A program made the translations under genes and the position numbers. Source: Selaginella moellendorffii (Eukaryota > Plantae > Lycopodiophyta). From it: a DNA stretch of 64,000 nucleotides. Below, piece by piece: positions 37,293 through 49,735 of this stretch. The notes under the pieces are model-generated. The model was given only the letters and a program-made list of their open reading frames with translations. It was not told the DNA's origin and did no database searches. Each line of letters begins with the position of its first letter. Position 1 is the stretch's first letter. The DNA lies in the NCBI RefSeq assembly GCF_000143415.4, contig NW_003314271.1:1780806-1844805 (forward strand), written 5' to 3'.

Positions 37293-38668
37293 TCAAAACG
37301 CGATCAGATCATCCGCGGGCTTTTTCTTCTTGTCGTTGCTGGCCTCTTCTTCTGCCTTATTCCCGAATATCATCTTGTCCAGATCTGCCAAAGGATCCTC
37401 GCTGGGAGATGGACGAGCTCCAGCCTTGGAAGATTTGTTGCGAACTAGAGGGTCGTCCAGCTCGGGCTCCTCGTCGACGATCACAAACGCCGAGTCGTCG
37501 GATTTAGGGAGCTCTGATGGTGGAGGCAGTGGTGCTACTGCGCTGGACATCTCCTCATACTTGTCGAGGGCTTTCTGGAGCTCATCGTTGACGTTGAGAG
37601 CTTCGAACAACAGGGCCTCGTTCTCGCCAACTCTTTCGATAATTCTTTGTATGTTAAACTGGGACTGCCGGCACTGCTCCACTAGCGCGATGGTAAGCTC
37701 TTCCTGGAAAGATAAACACAGAAGAAACACTTGTTAAAGCAATTTACGAGAGAATGAGCGAACCACACCTTTAAAACTTCCTGCTGGGGAGACGATGTAA
37801 GAACAGTGGAGAGAAGCTCGATACTGTTACGCGCTACGTCAAAAATCTCCTTCTCGTGATCACTGTTGTCCTCGCGAGTAGGGTGGCTGCCAACTACGTC
37901 TCTGAGCGTCAGCCTCGAGATGCCAGAGCGCACGGGAGCCGTCTCAACAGTCTGGGGTGGAGTGAAAATGGGAGCCAAGCTCTCGGCATCTCTTCCAGGG
38001 AACTTGACACCCCGAGATTTCAAGCTCTGATCAAACAAACAAAGAATCCAAAGTTAAGAAAAGCATGAAAGAGAAGAACCACTCTTTTCACACAAAACAA
38101 AAAGCAAAGAAACAAAGAGAAAAGAAAGAGAGAGTTCTGTTACCTTGTAAGTCTCCTCAAACACTGGAAGATATCGAAGCTCCTCTGTGGCCTCACCCCA
38201 CGACTCGATGAGCTTGAGCGCCTTGTCACGATTCTCGGGCGACGATCGCGGATCGTCCACCAGCCTCACCATCTCGTCCAGGATCCTCTCCGACGCGACC
38301 TCCGCGAACATCTTGTCGCAGTTCTTGACAACTGCCTCGAGCAGCAGCAGCACGAGCGTGATGCCGCGCGATTCCTTGCAGCTCCCCATGCGCTTCTTGA
38401 TCGCCCGCGCCAGATCCTGGCCCGTGATCTTGTCCGCGTTCACCATGTCGCAGATTTCCATGAACTGGCCCCAATCCGGATCGAAGCCCTGCAATCCCGT
38501 CGCCTCCTCCACCAGGCGATCCACAGCCGCATTGGACGCCTGGAACATCTCCCGCACCCGCTCGCTCACATTTCCCATCCTCTCCGAGACCTTGCGCCCT
38601 ACCTCGGCGCCGCCGATCTTGAGGCGCTCGCCCAGCGCCGTGAACTTCTCCTTGAGATTGTCCGCCAT
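37293..38668 (-). CDS. TOM1-like (TOL) VHS-GAT domain protein
   Basis: VHS PDWGQFMEICD...LEAVVKNC...LIESWG; GAT LVEQCRQSQ...LFEALNVNDELQKAL; ends DDLIAF. Confidence 0.92.
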
Positions 38669-38870
38669 AGCTAATGAATGACGAACGAATCAAAACCCTA
38701 GCTAAATAAGGTCATTTGTGCACGTCAGCGCCAGCGCATTTGCCATCTCAGGCAGTAAATTTGCCACCCAGTCGACACGGTGGCTCTTATAATTGAATAA
38801 ATCAAATTTAAATTTTGGATTAAAATTTGTATATATAAAATTACAAGTTCAGGTATATTAATATTAACAT

Positions 38871-40164
38871 TGTGAGGGCCAAGTATACAGCTACAATGCC
38901 GTATACTAATATTAACATAATTATCAGATTGGTTTCAATTCGGACCACTTGTTTCTATATATAATTTAGGGTTTTTGGATTAATTTATATGCACATTTTC
39001 TAAATTCCCTTTCCATATTTCATGTCCGCACGAAGCAAGAGGCTTCAGAAATGAACACCAAATTGCATCACTGACTCAAATGGCCTTTGACAAAGACAAT
39101 GCAATTGTTGGAAGACATTATCACAATCGTCAATATATCCGAATGTGCATTTGAAAATGTCTGGAAAAACACTCTAATCCCTACGAATGGCTACACTCAA
39201 ACCATTGTACCATTGCAACACCGTCTCTTGGAGACACGTGGAAAACTCATGCAAACATCAAGCATCATCCCAAGAATAATATGTGGCAATCACCGTGAAG
39301 TGATCGAACTAATGGTACACATCATCCCCAAGGTTCCCAAGAAAGAACTCCGGCTGAACGTGAGGATTGGCACCAAGAGTAAGAAGAGTTGGACCATGTG
39401 CCATGAATGCCATCAACTGAGTTTGGTTGTTCAATTGCAAGCACATAGCATCAAACAATTGTACCAATTGCTACTCCAGAGTCAAAAGAAGAGATTGTTG
39501 ATCTGCCATGAAGATGAACAAAAAGGAAAGAGCAAAAAAAGAGAAATGACAAAAGCTAGAAGGAAAGGGAGATTTAGACAATGCAAAAAGCTATATCAAA
39601 ACCAAACTCTTGAAAAGAAAGAATAAAAGAAAGGAAATGGAAAAAGTTAAATCTAGACAATACAAAAGTTAAATCTAAACCAAAATCCCGAATCCAAGCA
39701 CTCCTCAGGGACAATCAAAAGTTGCCTCTCATCTCCACCAATATGAGTGCCGTATTAAGTGTTGCGGCAAATTGAACCACAAGTTTATGAGGTTTGGCAT
39801 GACATCTAGCAAGTCGATCCTCCAGAGATTATGCATGTGCAATGGTTAAAACATTTCATACCAAGGGATCAGGAGCAATTAATACCACCTATAGATCCGC
39901 TGATGCCTCCTCCTGATGTTCCTCTTGATCCCGGCCCATCTACAAAAGAACCTTGATAGTCTTCCATTATTCCGAGAGGAGGGAATGATGTGAGGGCCAA
40001 CTGTACAGCTATAATGCCATATATTAATATTAGCGTAGTGGGATTTTGGTAGCTATTGGATTGGTTTCAATCTAAACCACCCGCTCTTGTATATAAGTTA
40101 GGGTTTTTGGGTTAATTGATATGCACATTTTCTGAATTCCCTGTCCATATTCCATGCACTCACA
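38871..40164 (+). mobile_element. Short-LTR retrotransposon remnant: LTR-like (38871-~39030), ~950 bp internal region, PPT (39974-39988), LTR (39989-40164)
   Basis: Diverged direct repeats both starting TGTGAGGGCCAA; purine tract GAGAGGAGGGAATGA before the second copy, which ends CA; no TSD found. Confidence 0.65.
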
Positions 40165-41019
40165 GCATGGCTATAATGCCATATACTAATATTAGCATAG
40201 TGGGATAGATTAATTTCAATTCAGTGTATATAAGTTAAGATTTTTAGACTTATTGATATGCACATTTTTGTATTTCAATTCTATATTCCATACATTTACA
40301 TTGGTGGAGGTGAGGGGCAATTTTGATTGTCTCTAAGAAGTGCTTGGATTTAGGATTTTACTTTAAATCTAGCTTTCATATTATCCAGATTTCCTATTCC
40401 TTATAGCTAATTTCTTCTCTTTTATGTTTTTCCTTTTTGTTCATTTTCATAGTAGAGTAATAACATCTTCCTCTTTTGACTTTAGAGTAGTAATTAGTGC
40501 AATTGCTCGATGCTATACAATTATAGTTGAATAATCAAACTTAGTTAATGGTGGCATTCATGACATATGGTACAACTTTTCCTGCTTTTATTACCAATCC
40601 TCACATTTGGCCGGAGTTCTTCTGTGGGAATCCTAGGGATGATATATATCTTTAGTTTGATCACTTTACAATGAATGCCACATATCATTCTTGGGATGAT
40701 GCTTAGTGTTTGTGTGAGTGTCTTTAGGGGACAATGCTACAGTGGTATAATAGTTTGAGGGCAGCCATTCATGAGGATTAGAGCATTCTCCTAGATGTGT
40801 TCAAACATGCATTTGGACATACTGATAATTGTGATGATGCCTTTCAACAATTGTATCATCTTCGTCAAGGTCCATCTGAGTTAGTAATGCAATTTAGCAT
40901 TTGTTTCTGAAACCTCTTGCTTTGTGCAGAGACAAATATGTCAAAGCGGATCAAGTTGGCGTGATTTGTTATTTTAGCATTTACATTCTTAATATCGTTT
41001 TGAAAACAATCTTTTTTAT

Positions 41020-42075
41020 ACCGAGACCGAGACCAAGTCCAAGTTCGAATCCAAGTCCAAGTCCGAGTCCAAATACTAATACAGGCTATTGGGTGAAAGC
41101 CCAAAGTGATCATCCCCCAGGGGGGGATATAAGGGGTTCCAAAAGTATAGTAGGGAGAGTGTGGGGGTTTGACCCCCAGTGAAGCCAGTTTGGCCAGAAA
41201 AGTCTAGTTTGGCACAGAAAGGCCATATTCAGCTATTGGGTGACGGGATGACTACTGGGAAGTCCAAGACTAGAGTGAATACGGACCAGCAAGCGGGGTA
41301 GTTTGGTGAAGTGTTCAAGAGCCGGTTTTAGTTCCCTCGAGAGATCGAATGGTAGTCCAAGCGTGCGTGGCATTACCTACTTGGATACCTAGTGTGGCTC
41401 AATGGAACCTCACTCTAAGCCCATGGCTATAACACCCAAAGGCGGAAGGCGGGAAGAGTACCCACGAGGCTCGCACAGGGCCAACAGTGTTCCAAAATGT
41501 TGTCCCGGATGGTGGAAAGGAAGAGGAGTAGTCCTCTGGTATGGTGACCAAAGATGCAATTATATGACAAGGAAGTCCTAGAGAACTAGGGGCTTAGAGG
41601 TCAGGCTTGTGGGCCTTGATCCAATGGCAATGTTGGCAAACATGGTCATGAACAGAAAGGGACTTGGTAGGGACCGGAAAAGAGATATTGAGGAAGGTTA
41701 TTCCCTATGTCTGTAAGCATCCTAAGGATGCTAAGGAATGGATCTAGGATGATTACTCATGGATGGATGGCCTAGTCTTTGAGAGGCAAGACTGTGATGT
41801 AGGTGGTGTTAGACCACCAGTGTAACCAAGGTGAATAAGCATGGCTTTAGTGTAACGGGCTGATATGTTAGTGGTACCTTGGGGTGTTGACCATGGGATC
41901 GGACACATATAGCACTTGGACCAAGTGCAAAGGTTGAGTGGCATGGATGCCATTCTTGGGGATAGCAAGCCCCAAGTCCAGAATAGGACTTATGGAGGTT
42001 GTGAGTGAGACTCCTCCAAGTGGTCGGAGGTGTGGTTAAGTGACTAAAGTAGAATGAAAAATTTAGTTGCTTACA
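41020..42075 (+). mobile_element. Truncated, diverged LTR of the element C family in opposite orientation
   Basis: Ends GTTGCTTACA and aligns as reverse complement to the LTR starting at 48194; begins inside the GAGTCC/GAGACC repeat zone. Confidence 0.75.
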
Positions 42076-45000
42076 CCACCCTTGCTACTCTGTGTATCAC
42101 TCGGCTTCAAAGGAATGATATATCCCTACCCGTAAGGACATAAGGAGAGGGCTAGAGGCCCAACTACCCCTAAACAAGAAATCAACCCCGTCAGGAAGAT
42201 TTAAACAACTATTATAAACTAGTAGATGAAGTTGTTTACACGACCATGCCCCTTTTCAAAAATGAGTCAACGAAAGAGAGGTGGAGACTATCTATAATAG
42301 TTATCCCCATAATTATGGATTAGACCCATGCACCAAAGTGCAACCTGCCAAAACTGACCCAAGTTCTAATAAATGAGAGGAGCAAAACTTTGATTTATAG
42401 AAAATATATTACTTTATTGATTTCCAAGATTTATTACAAGATTTACAAAAGTTAGTCTTTATTATGATTCTCATACTCTGTGACAAGCTCACGAGCATGT
42501 GCAAGATTCCTAAGAGGCTCCCAAATTGATAACGTTTCCACTTAACTAGATACTCTCGACGTTTAGAACATTGAGTCCAACCACTATCCAGAATAGCTTC
42601 AACTTCATACTCAAGTTCACCATCAATGAGCATTGGTGGAGGACAAATGTCTATAGAGCATTCCCCAGTAGCATGATATGGTGCCAGTAAACTGATATAA
42701 AACACATTATGTACATGGGACAACTCATCCAGAAGATCCAACTTGTAGGATACATCACCAACTCGTTACAACACCTGATAGGGTCTAACATATCTTAGTA
42801 ATAGCTTCTGAGATAAAAAGCCCTTGACATTCAAGTTCTGGGAAAATAGCCACACCTGATTTCCCACTTGATAGGATACATCCTGATGATGTTGATCTTT
42901 ATCACATCAATACTTATCCTGAGCTTTGCCCATTGCCTCAGTAGCTCTAGACCAACCTTGGTGTAGTTGCTCCGCATAAGTCTCAACGGCCTGGACCAAC
43001 ACTCCGGACATTGGTTTCAGAACAACAATCTGTTGAGGAACCCCACGAGCATTCCCTTGCAGCATCTCCCATAGAGAACAGCTAATAGCACTGTGAAATG
43101 TGTTGTTATAACAGATTTCTATTGTGTCCAAATGCTCAACCTAGTCGCATTGGTCTGTTGCAACATAGTACCATAGATAATCCTCAACTTGAGCATTCAC
43201 ACATTTGGTCTACCCATCAGTTTGAGAATGATAAGCTGTACTAAATTTCAACTTGGTACCAAACAACTCGAACAGTGTGCCCCAAAACTTCCCCGTAAAT
43301 CTCAAATCTCTATCTGAGATCATCTCTTCGGGAAGACCACGAACCCGCACTACTTCATGGAAAAAGAACTTTGTTGCTTATTTCACATTCACTGTTTCCA
43401 CAGTTGGAATGAAGCATGCAATCTTCGACAACCGATCCACAACCACCATCAAAGTATCATAACCCTTAGACTTCAGTAAGCAAGTGATAAAATCAAGTGT
43501 CACACTCTGAAATGGTTATGTCGGTACTAGAATGCACTACAACTTTCCAGCCTTTTTCTCAATTTTGCACTTACATTGCTAGCATATAGAGCAAGAACGG
43601 ATATAATCCGCTACATCACCTTCCATACCAGACCAAAAAAATCCCTTTTTCAATTAAGCAAGAGTCTTTCATTTTCCACCATGTCCTACTGCTAGAACAT
43701 CATGATGTTCCTGTAGAAACAACTATTGCAAATCCTTAAAGGGAAGATACAACCTTTCTTGCTTATAGAATATAAGCCCATCCTAAACTGAGAAGTGAAG
43801 CTTTGCATTAGTACAACTAACAACTTTCATTGCTTCACTACTAGGGTTCTACTTCGACAACTCCACATGGTGCAAGATTGCCTTTGCCAATGGATCACTT
43901 CCATATAAAGCCCATACGTCTTCCAACCAATCTGAACTGATTGCTGATATTGCCCGAAACTAAGCTTGACGACTCAATGCATTCGGAATAATATTGTCTT
44001 TACTAGGTTTATAGATGATTTCAATATTAAATCTAGCAAACTTCTCTTGCCAATGAGCCTGCTTCGGCATAAACTTAGGCTGCATAGCAAAGTAGCTCAG
44101 TGTGTTATTATTTATATAAACCTTGGTATGTCCACCCAAATAGTATCTCCAATAATGCCAACACTATAACAAACATCTCTTTCTCACGTGTTGGCCATCT
44201 TCGTTGGGTTTCATCCAATTTCTTGGAATAAAATGTAACAGGACAACCATGTCGCCTTAGTATAACACCAACCGCTTTGTCACAATCTTGCTGCAACACA
44301 GCACCAATAGCATAGCCAGATGCATCACAATGCACTTCAAAAGGTTTATCAAGATTTGAAATCTTGAGAACAGGAACCATAGTTAAAATCTCCTTCAACC
44401 ATACAAAAGCATGCTAACAAGTTGGTGTCTAATGAAATAGTATACTACTCTTCATTAACTCAGTCAACAAAAGAGCAATTCTTGCAAAATTGCGGCAAAC
44501 TTGCAATAGTATCCCACCAAACTAAGAAAAGAACAAATATCTGATACAATAGTTAGGACTTCCCAAGACTTCACCACTTCCATTTTTTTTGGATCCACCT
44601 CAATTACGCCACCACCAACTATATATCCAAGAAAGTTCATGTGCAATTGCATTTACTTTTCTTACTATATAGTTTGTGTTCATACAATTTCTGAAACACC
44701 AGCTCCAAGTGTTTTAAATGATCCTCCAATGTTTCACTAAAGACTAGAATATTGTTGATATATAGGATAACAAATGTGTTCAAATAATCTCTAAATATTC
44801 TATCCATTATAGTGTTGAACATTGCTAAAACATTGCATAACCCAAATGGCATAACAAGGAACTTAAAAGATCCATACCAAGTATTAAAGGCTATCTTCTC
44901 CACATCCTGATCTGCCACAAGTATTTGATGATACTCGGACCGTAAATCAAGTCATATAAAATACTTAGCCTTTAAGAGTTGGTCAAACAAGTCATCAATG

Positions 45001-47670
45001 CGAGGCAAAGGATAACTATTTTTGACCATGATCTTATTAAGTGCCCGATAGTGAATACACATCCTCATAGTTCTATCCTTTTTCATAAAAAAATAGACCG
45101 ACACTTTATAGTGACTTGCATGGTCGGATATAACCTTTTTCAAGAAGCTTTGTGAGTTGCTTCTTGAGTTTAGCCATTTCCTTGATGTTCAAACAATACG
45201 AAGTTTTTGTAGGTGGTTTAGAACCCAAAATAACCTCAATCCGATGATCAACCTCACAGCTAGGAGGTAGCTCTGGTGACAATCCTTCGGAAAGATAAAT
45301 TAATTCCTCACCAACAACTTCGATATCTTCTTTGGTACAGAATCAATCCTATCACCAATTCGAACTAAGTCACCATCACCCTCAGCTTCCATTATTTAAA
45401 CCCAAAAGGTTCGACATCCCTTCTTAACTACATTTTGAGTGGCTCTTGCAGCCAAGAATTTAGCATCCCAATCCTTTGAGGAGTGCTTTTGCAATTGGAA
45501 GGACACATCAAGACATCCCTTTGACTTCAATGTGAACCATAAATCCTTTTAATATATTTGTTGAAGAAATCTATACCAAACACTATTTGAAAATCTGGTA
45601 TCTTCAACACTACTAAGTCCACTCTTTCTTTCCAGTTAAATATTTTTATTGGAACATCACTCACAAATTCTCTAGCTACTTGCCCACCTTCTGCAAACCA
45701 AAAGTGTATGGGTGACATCTACTCAGCTTTCAATCCGAACCACTTAACTAAGTCTTTGGATATGATGCTATGCATAGCTCCCATGTCAATCATCCCTCGG
45801 ATTCGGTGTTTGTGGACAAAGCCTACCAAATACATCAAAAGATCAATTTTTGCACTAACTGCAAGAAAAGCTTGAGGAAAGTAATGAAAGTAACTAACCT
45901 CCTCTTCCTCATAGTCTGCATTGATCAACTCGTCAACCCCTTCAACTTCACCACCATCGCCTTCCCTCATGACAGTAATACAAGACCTTGTATTATGCTT
46001 GTTGGGACATTCCGAAGACCTATGTTTTGATTCTTCATAATGGAAGCAATAACCCACACTACCCGTTCCACTAGGAGCAAGTTTCACAAGTTGTTGCTAC
46101 TTGTACCCACCAGGAGAAGGAATAGAGGGCCTAGGACCAGAAGAAGTTACTAGTGGTCACCAACCACCACCACCTTTATTAACCATTGCTTGTGACCCTT
46201 TAGGGCAAAACTTTCCTTCCACCCTTTGTTTCCGATCACCTTGTTTATTCCCAAAATTCTTATTCTTGTCCAAGGTACTAGCATATGGCTATTGATATTG
46301 TTCCATGAGCGAATGACTAAAGGCAACTTGCTGTGCTGCCTCCTTACACTCTATATACGTTTTTGGCTTAAATTTCAAAATCTCATTACGAGAAAGTTAA
46401 CTTAAACCTTCTAGAAAATAATTTCAAACATCTTTGTCACTCATATTTGCAATCATAATGTGATTCTAAGCAAATGCATTAACATAATGTATAAGGTCCC
46501 CTCGCTACTTTAATTGCCAAAACTCCATGCAAAGTCTCAGACCAAGATCATCCTATAAGTATTCCTTATGGATACAAGACCACATCTTGGTCCAACTTCT
46601 AGTCTGCCCTTTTTCAGCACACACTTGGTGCTACTAAGTTTTGGCATGATCGGTGAGAAAGGATTGCACACAGGCAACTTTCGTACGATCATCTACGTTT
46701 GCCGCTATAAAATAGTTTTCCATATCATAAACTCAATTTTCCAAAACCTGATAGTCCCGCATGCCTTTGGGTGGTTTTGAAGGCTTGAATTTTGAAACTC
46801 GTGCAATTGGGGGCGATTGCAAAACTTCATTGTCCTCAAAACTTGAAGAGAAGTTTGGTTGCTTAGGTTTAGCTACCTTAGCTTCTTTCTTCTTCTTTTT
46901 GTTCTCCTTTTTCAATCTATGAACTTCCCTTCACAAATTCTCAATCTCAACTTCTTGGGCTATACGCTGTAATGTTGTAGCATTTGGCTCTTCCTCTTCT
47001 GACTTAGCCTCAGCCTCTTCCATAGCATCTCTAGCAAGAGTTTCCTCCTCTTGATTCACCTATCTAGAGGTTTCAACGTCATCAACATGGTTCCTTTTCA
47101 CTATCTTACTAGTTACATGCATGCCTCTATTAGTAATTGAATATGCATACAACATTCTTACCGAATGTTTCAATCCAACTAGTCCTACACAAGTCACTTT
47201 GGATCTACTAGAAGAGTCTCTGCCTATGCAACTTGAGTAAAAAAATTTGACAAAAGTTGGATAGGAATCGTTGAGATAATTTTTTTGATACCAAATATAA
47301 TGCATCTAAATTTGAAGCTGAACTCCAAGCCCGTTGCACTACGAAACAAGGGTTCCGGCACAATCCCACGAGCACCAGCTTTCTATATGCAGCACTTGCA
47401 CGCAAAATGGTGTCAAACGGTGTCTGGCATAATTTTGGCATACTGGTCACCTAACATGAGGAGGAGGGTACCCCACCGACTAAAGTGGCATGGAGCTTAG
47501 GCTTAAACCCAAGTCGGATGTAAAACAAGGAGCAATATAACTCAATGGGAGCCAAATTAATATTTCAAGTGGTCGGACATGCATTCTAACCATTATCCTT
47601 ACTATACATTTGGAACCCCCCATATCCCCCCCGCCCCCCTCTTGAGGAACACATGTTTTAGGCTTTTACC
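42076..47670 (-). mobile_element. Element A: decayed chromovirus-type Ty3/gypsy retrotransposon (pseudogenised gag-pol)
   Basis: PBS remnant TGGTATCA at ~47286-47293; fragments of protease (MIDMGA), RT ([19 protein letters not shown]), RNase H (CDASGYAIGAVL), integrase and chromodomain ([15 protein letters not shown]), with many stops and frameshifts; partial 5' LTR ~47296-47670. Confidence 0.88.
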
Positions 47671-49196
47671 TTAAGCTTCCCTTAATACCAAGAGTTAATC
47701 ATTAAGATAAGCTTGAAACTTATTAAATATGGAATGTCCATAGATTGCGAATTTGGACACGGAACAAACACCATTGTGTTCAAGATAATCTCTATATTCT
47801 ATAAATATGCCAAATGAGCAAATCTAGATAGGGACTAGAATGAGATTAACACAAAGGGCATGATAGCGAGGGTGTTTGGCAAACATGGTAAGCTATGATC
47901 TAGTGATATTGAGGGATTAGTCTCAATACACAAGGGTTCTTGCCAAGCAAGTGCAAGACAAAGCAAAAAAAAATTAAAAGCCAGGTAGAAACACTTAGGA
48001 GTTCCTACCTTATGATCATCTGATTAAGTACAGATGCTAACCCCAATTTATTAACATTTGGACAAGAGGGGCTAATGATGGGAACCAGCAGTACCAATCT
48101 CTTGCCGTCATGGTAGTAAGGAAAGAGTATCCATAAGGACTGACCAACAAGTATCTTTTGATACCCAAAGTCACATTTGCGACACCTAGTATATGTAAGC
48201 GACTAATTTTTCCGTTCTACTTTAGTCACCTAACCACACCTCCAACCACTTAGAGGAGTCTCATTCACAACCTCCATAAGTCCAATTTAGGACTTGGGAC
48301 TTGCTAGCCCCAAGAATGGCATCCATGCCACTCCACACTTGCACCTGGTCCAAGTGCTCCACGTGTCTGGTCCCAAGACCGACACCCAAAGGTACCACTG
48401 ACATCTCGGCCCGTTACGCTAAGGCCATGCCCATTCACCTTTGCTGCACTAGTGATCCAATACCACTTGCATCACCATCCCGTCTCTCCAAGACTGGGCC
48501 ATCTGTCCACGAGTGGTCATCCTGGATCCACTCCTTAGCATCCTTAGGATGCCCACAGACCTGGGGAATTGCCTTCCCGAAAGTTCCTTTGTCAGTTCCT
48601 ACCAAGTCCCTTTCTGCCCCTAGCCGTGTTTGCCAACACTGCCATTGGATCGAGGCCCACAGGCCCGACCACTAAGTCCCATGGTCCTCTGGGACTTCTT
48701 CACCACACGACTGTGTCCTTGGTCACTACCCCAGAGGACTGCTCCTCTTCCTTTCCACAGTCTAGGCCTTTGGGACAACATTTCGGAACACCGTGGCCTT
48801 ACGCGAGCCACCTGGGTACTCTCCCCGCCTTTCGCCTTTAGGTGCTCTAGCCATGGGCTTAGAGCGAGGTTCCGTTGAGCCACGCCTGGTATCCAAGTAG
48901 GTAGTGCCACCCACACTTGGACTGGGAGCATCGGCCAGTCGATCTCCCGGGGGAACTAGAGCCGGCTCTTGAACACTTCACCAAGCTACCCCGCTTGTCG
49001 GTCCGTATTCACTCTAGTCTTGGACTTCCCAGTGGTCAGTTCATCACCCAACACTGGGTCTGGCCTTCCTGGGCCAAACTGGCCTTTCCTGGCCAAACTG
49101 GCTCCACTGCAGTCCTCCCCCTACTATACTTTTGGAGCTCACCAAACCCCCCAGGGTCTGGGAGACGAACGCTTTGGGCTTTCACCCTCTCAGGCT

Positions 49197-49735
49197 CCGG
49201 ACTCGGACTCGGACTCGGACTCGGACTCGGACTCGGGCTCGGACTCGGATTCGGACTCGGACTCGGTCTCGGTCTCGGTCCCGATCTCGGTCTCGCTCTC
49301 GGTCTCGGTCTCGGTCCCGGTCTCGGTCTCGACTTCGGACTCCATCTCGGACTCCATCTCGGACTCCATCTCGGACTCCATCTCGGGTCCATCTCGGACT
49401 CCATCTTGGACTCCATCTCGGGTCCATCTCGGACTCCATTTCGGGTCCATCTCGGACTCCATCTCGGGTCCATCTCGGACTCCACCTCAGACTCCAACTC
49501 GGGTCCATCTCGGGTCCACCTCGGACTCCACTTCGGACTCTATCTCGGGTCCATCTCGGGTCCACCTCGGACTCCACTTCGGACTCCATCTCGAACTCCA
49601 TCTCGGGTCCATCTCGGACTCCACTTCGGACTTCAACTCGGGTCCATCTCGGACTCCACTTCGGACTCCAACTCGGGTCCATCTCGGACTCCAACTCGGG
49701 TCCATCTCGGACTCCAACTCGAGTCCATCTCGGAC
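49197..49735. repeat. Tandem array in element C 3' LTR: (GGACTC/GGTCTC)n grading into (GGACTCCATCTC)n
   Basis: Seen directly; source of the spurious SDSD/GLGL/RTRT ORFs. Confidence 0.92.

Noticed and set aside
49197-49735. Possible CRISPR-like array
   Set aside because: Contiguous 6/12-bp units with no unique spacers, in a eukaryotic LTR context.
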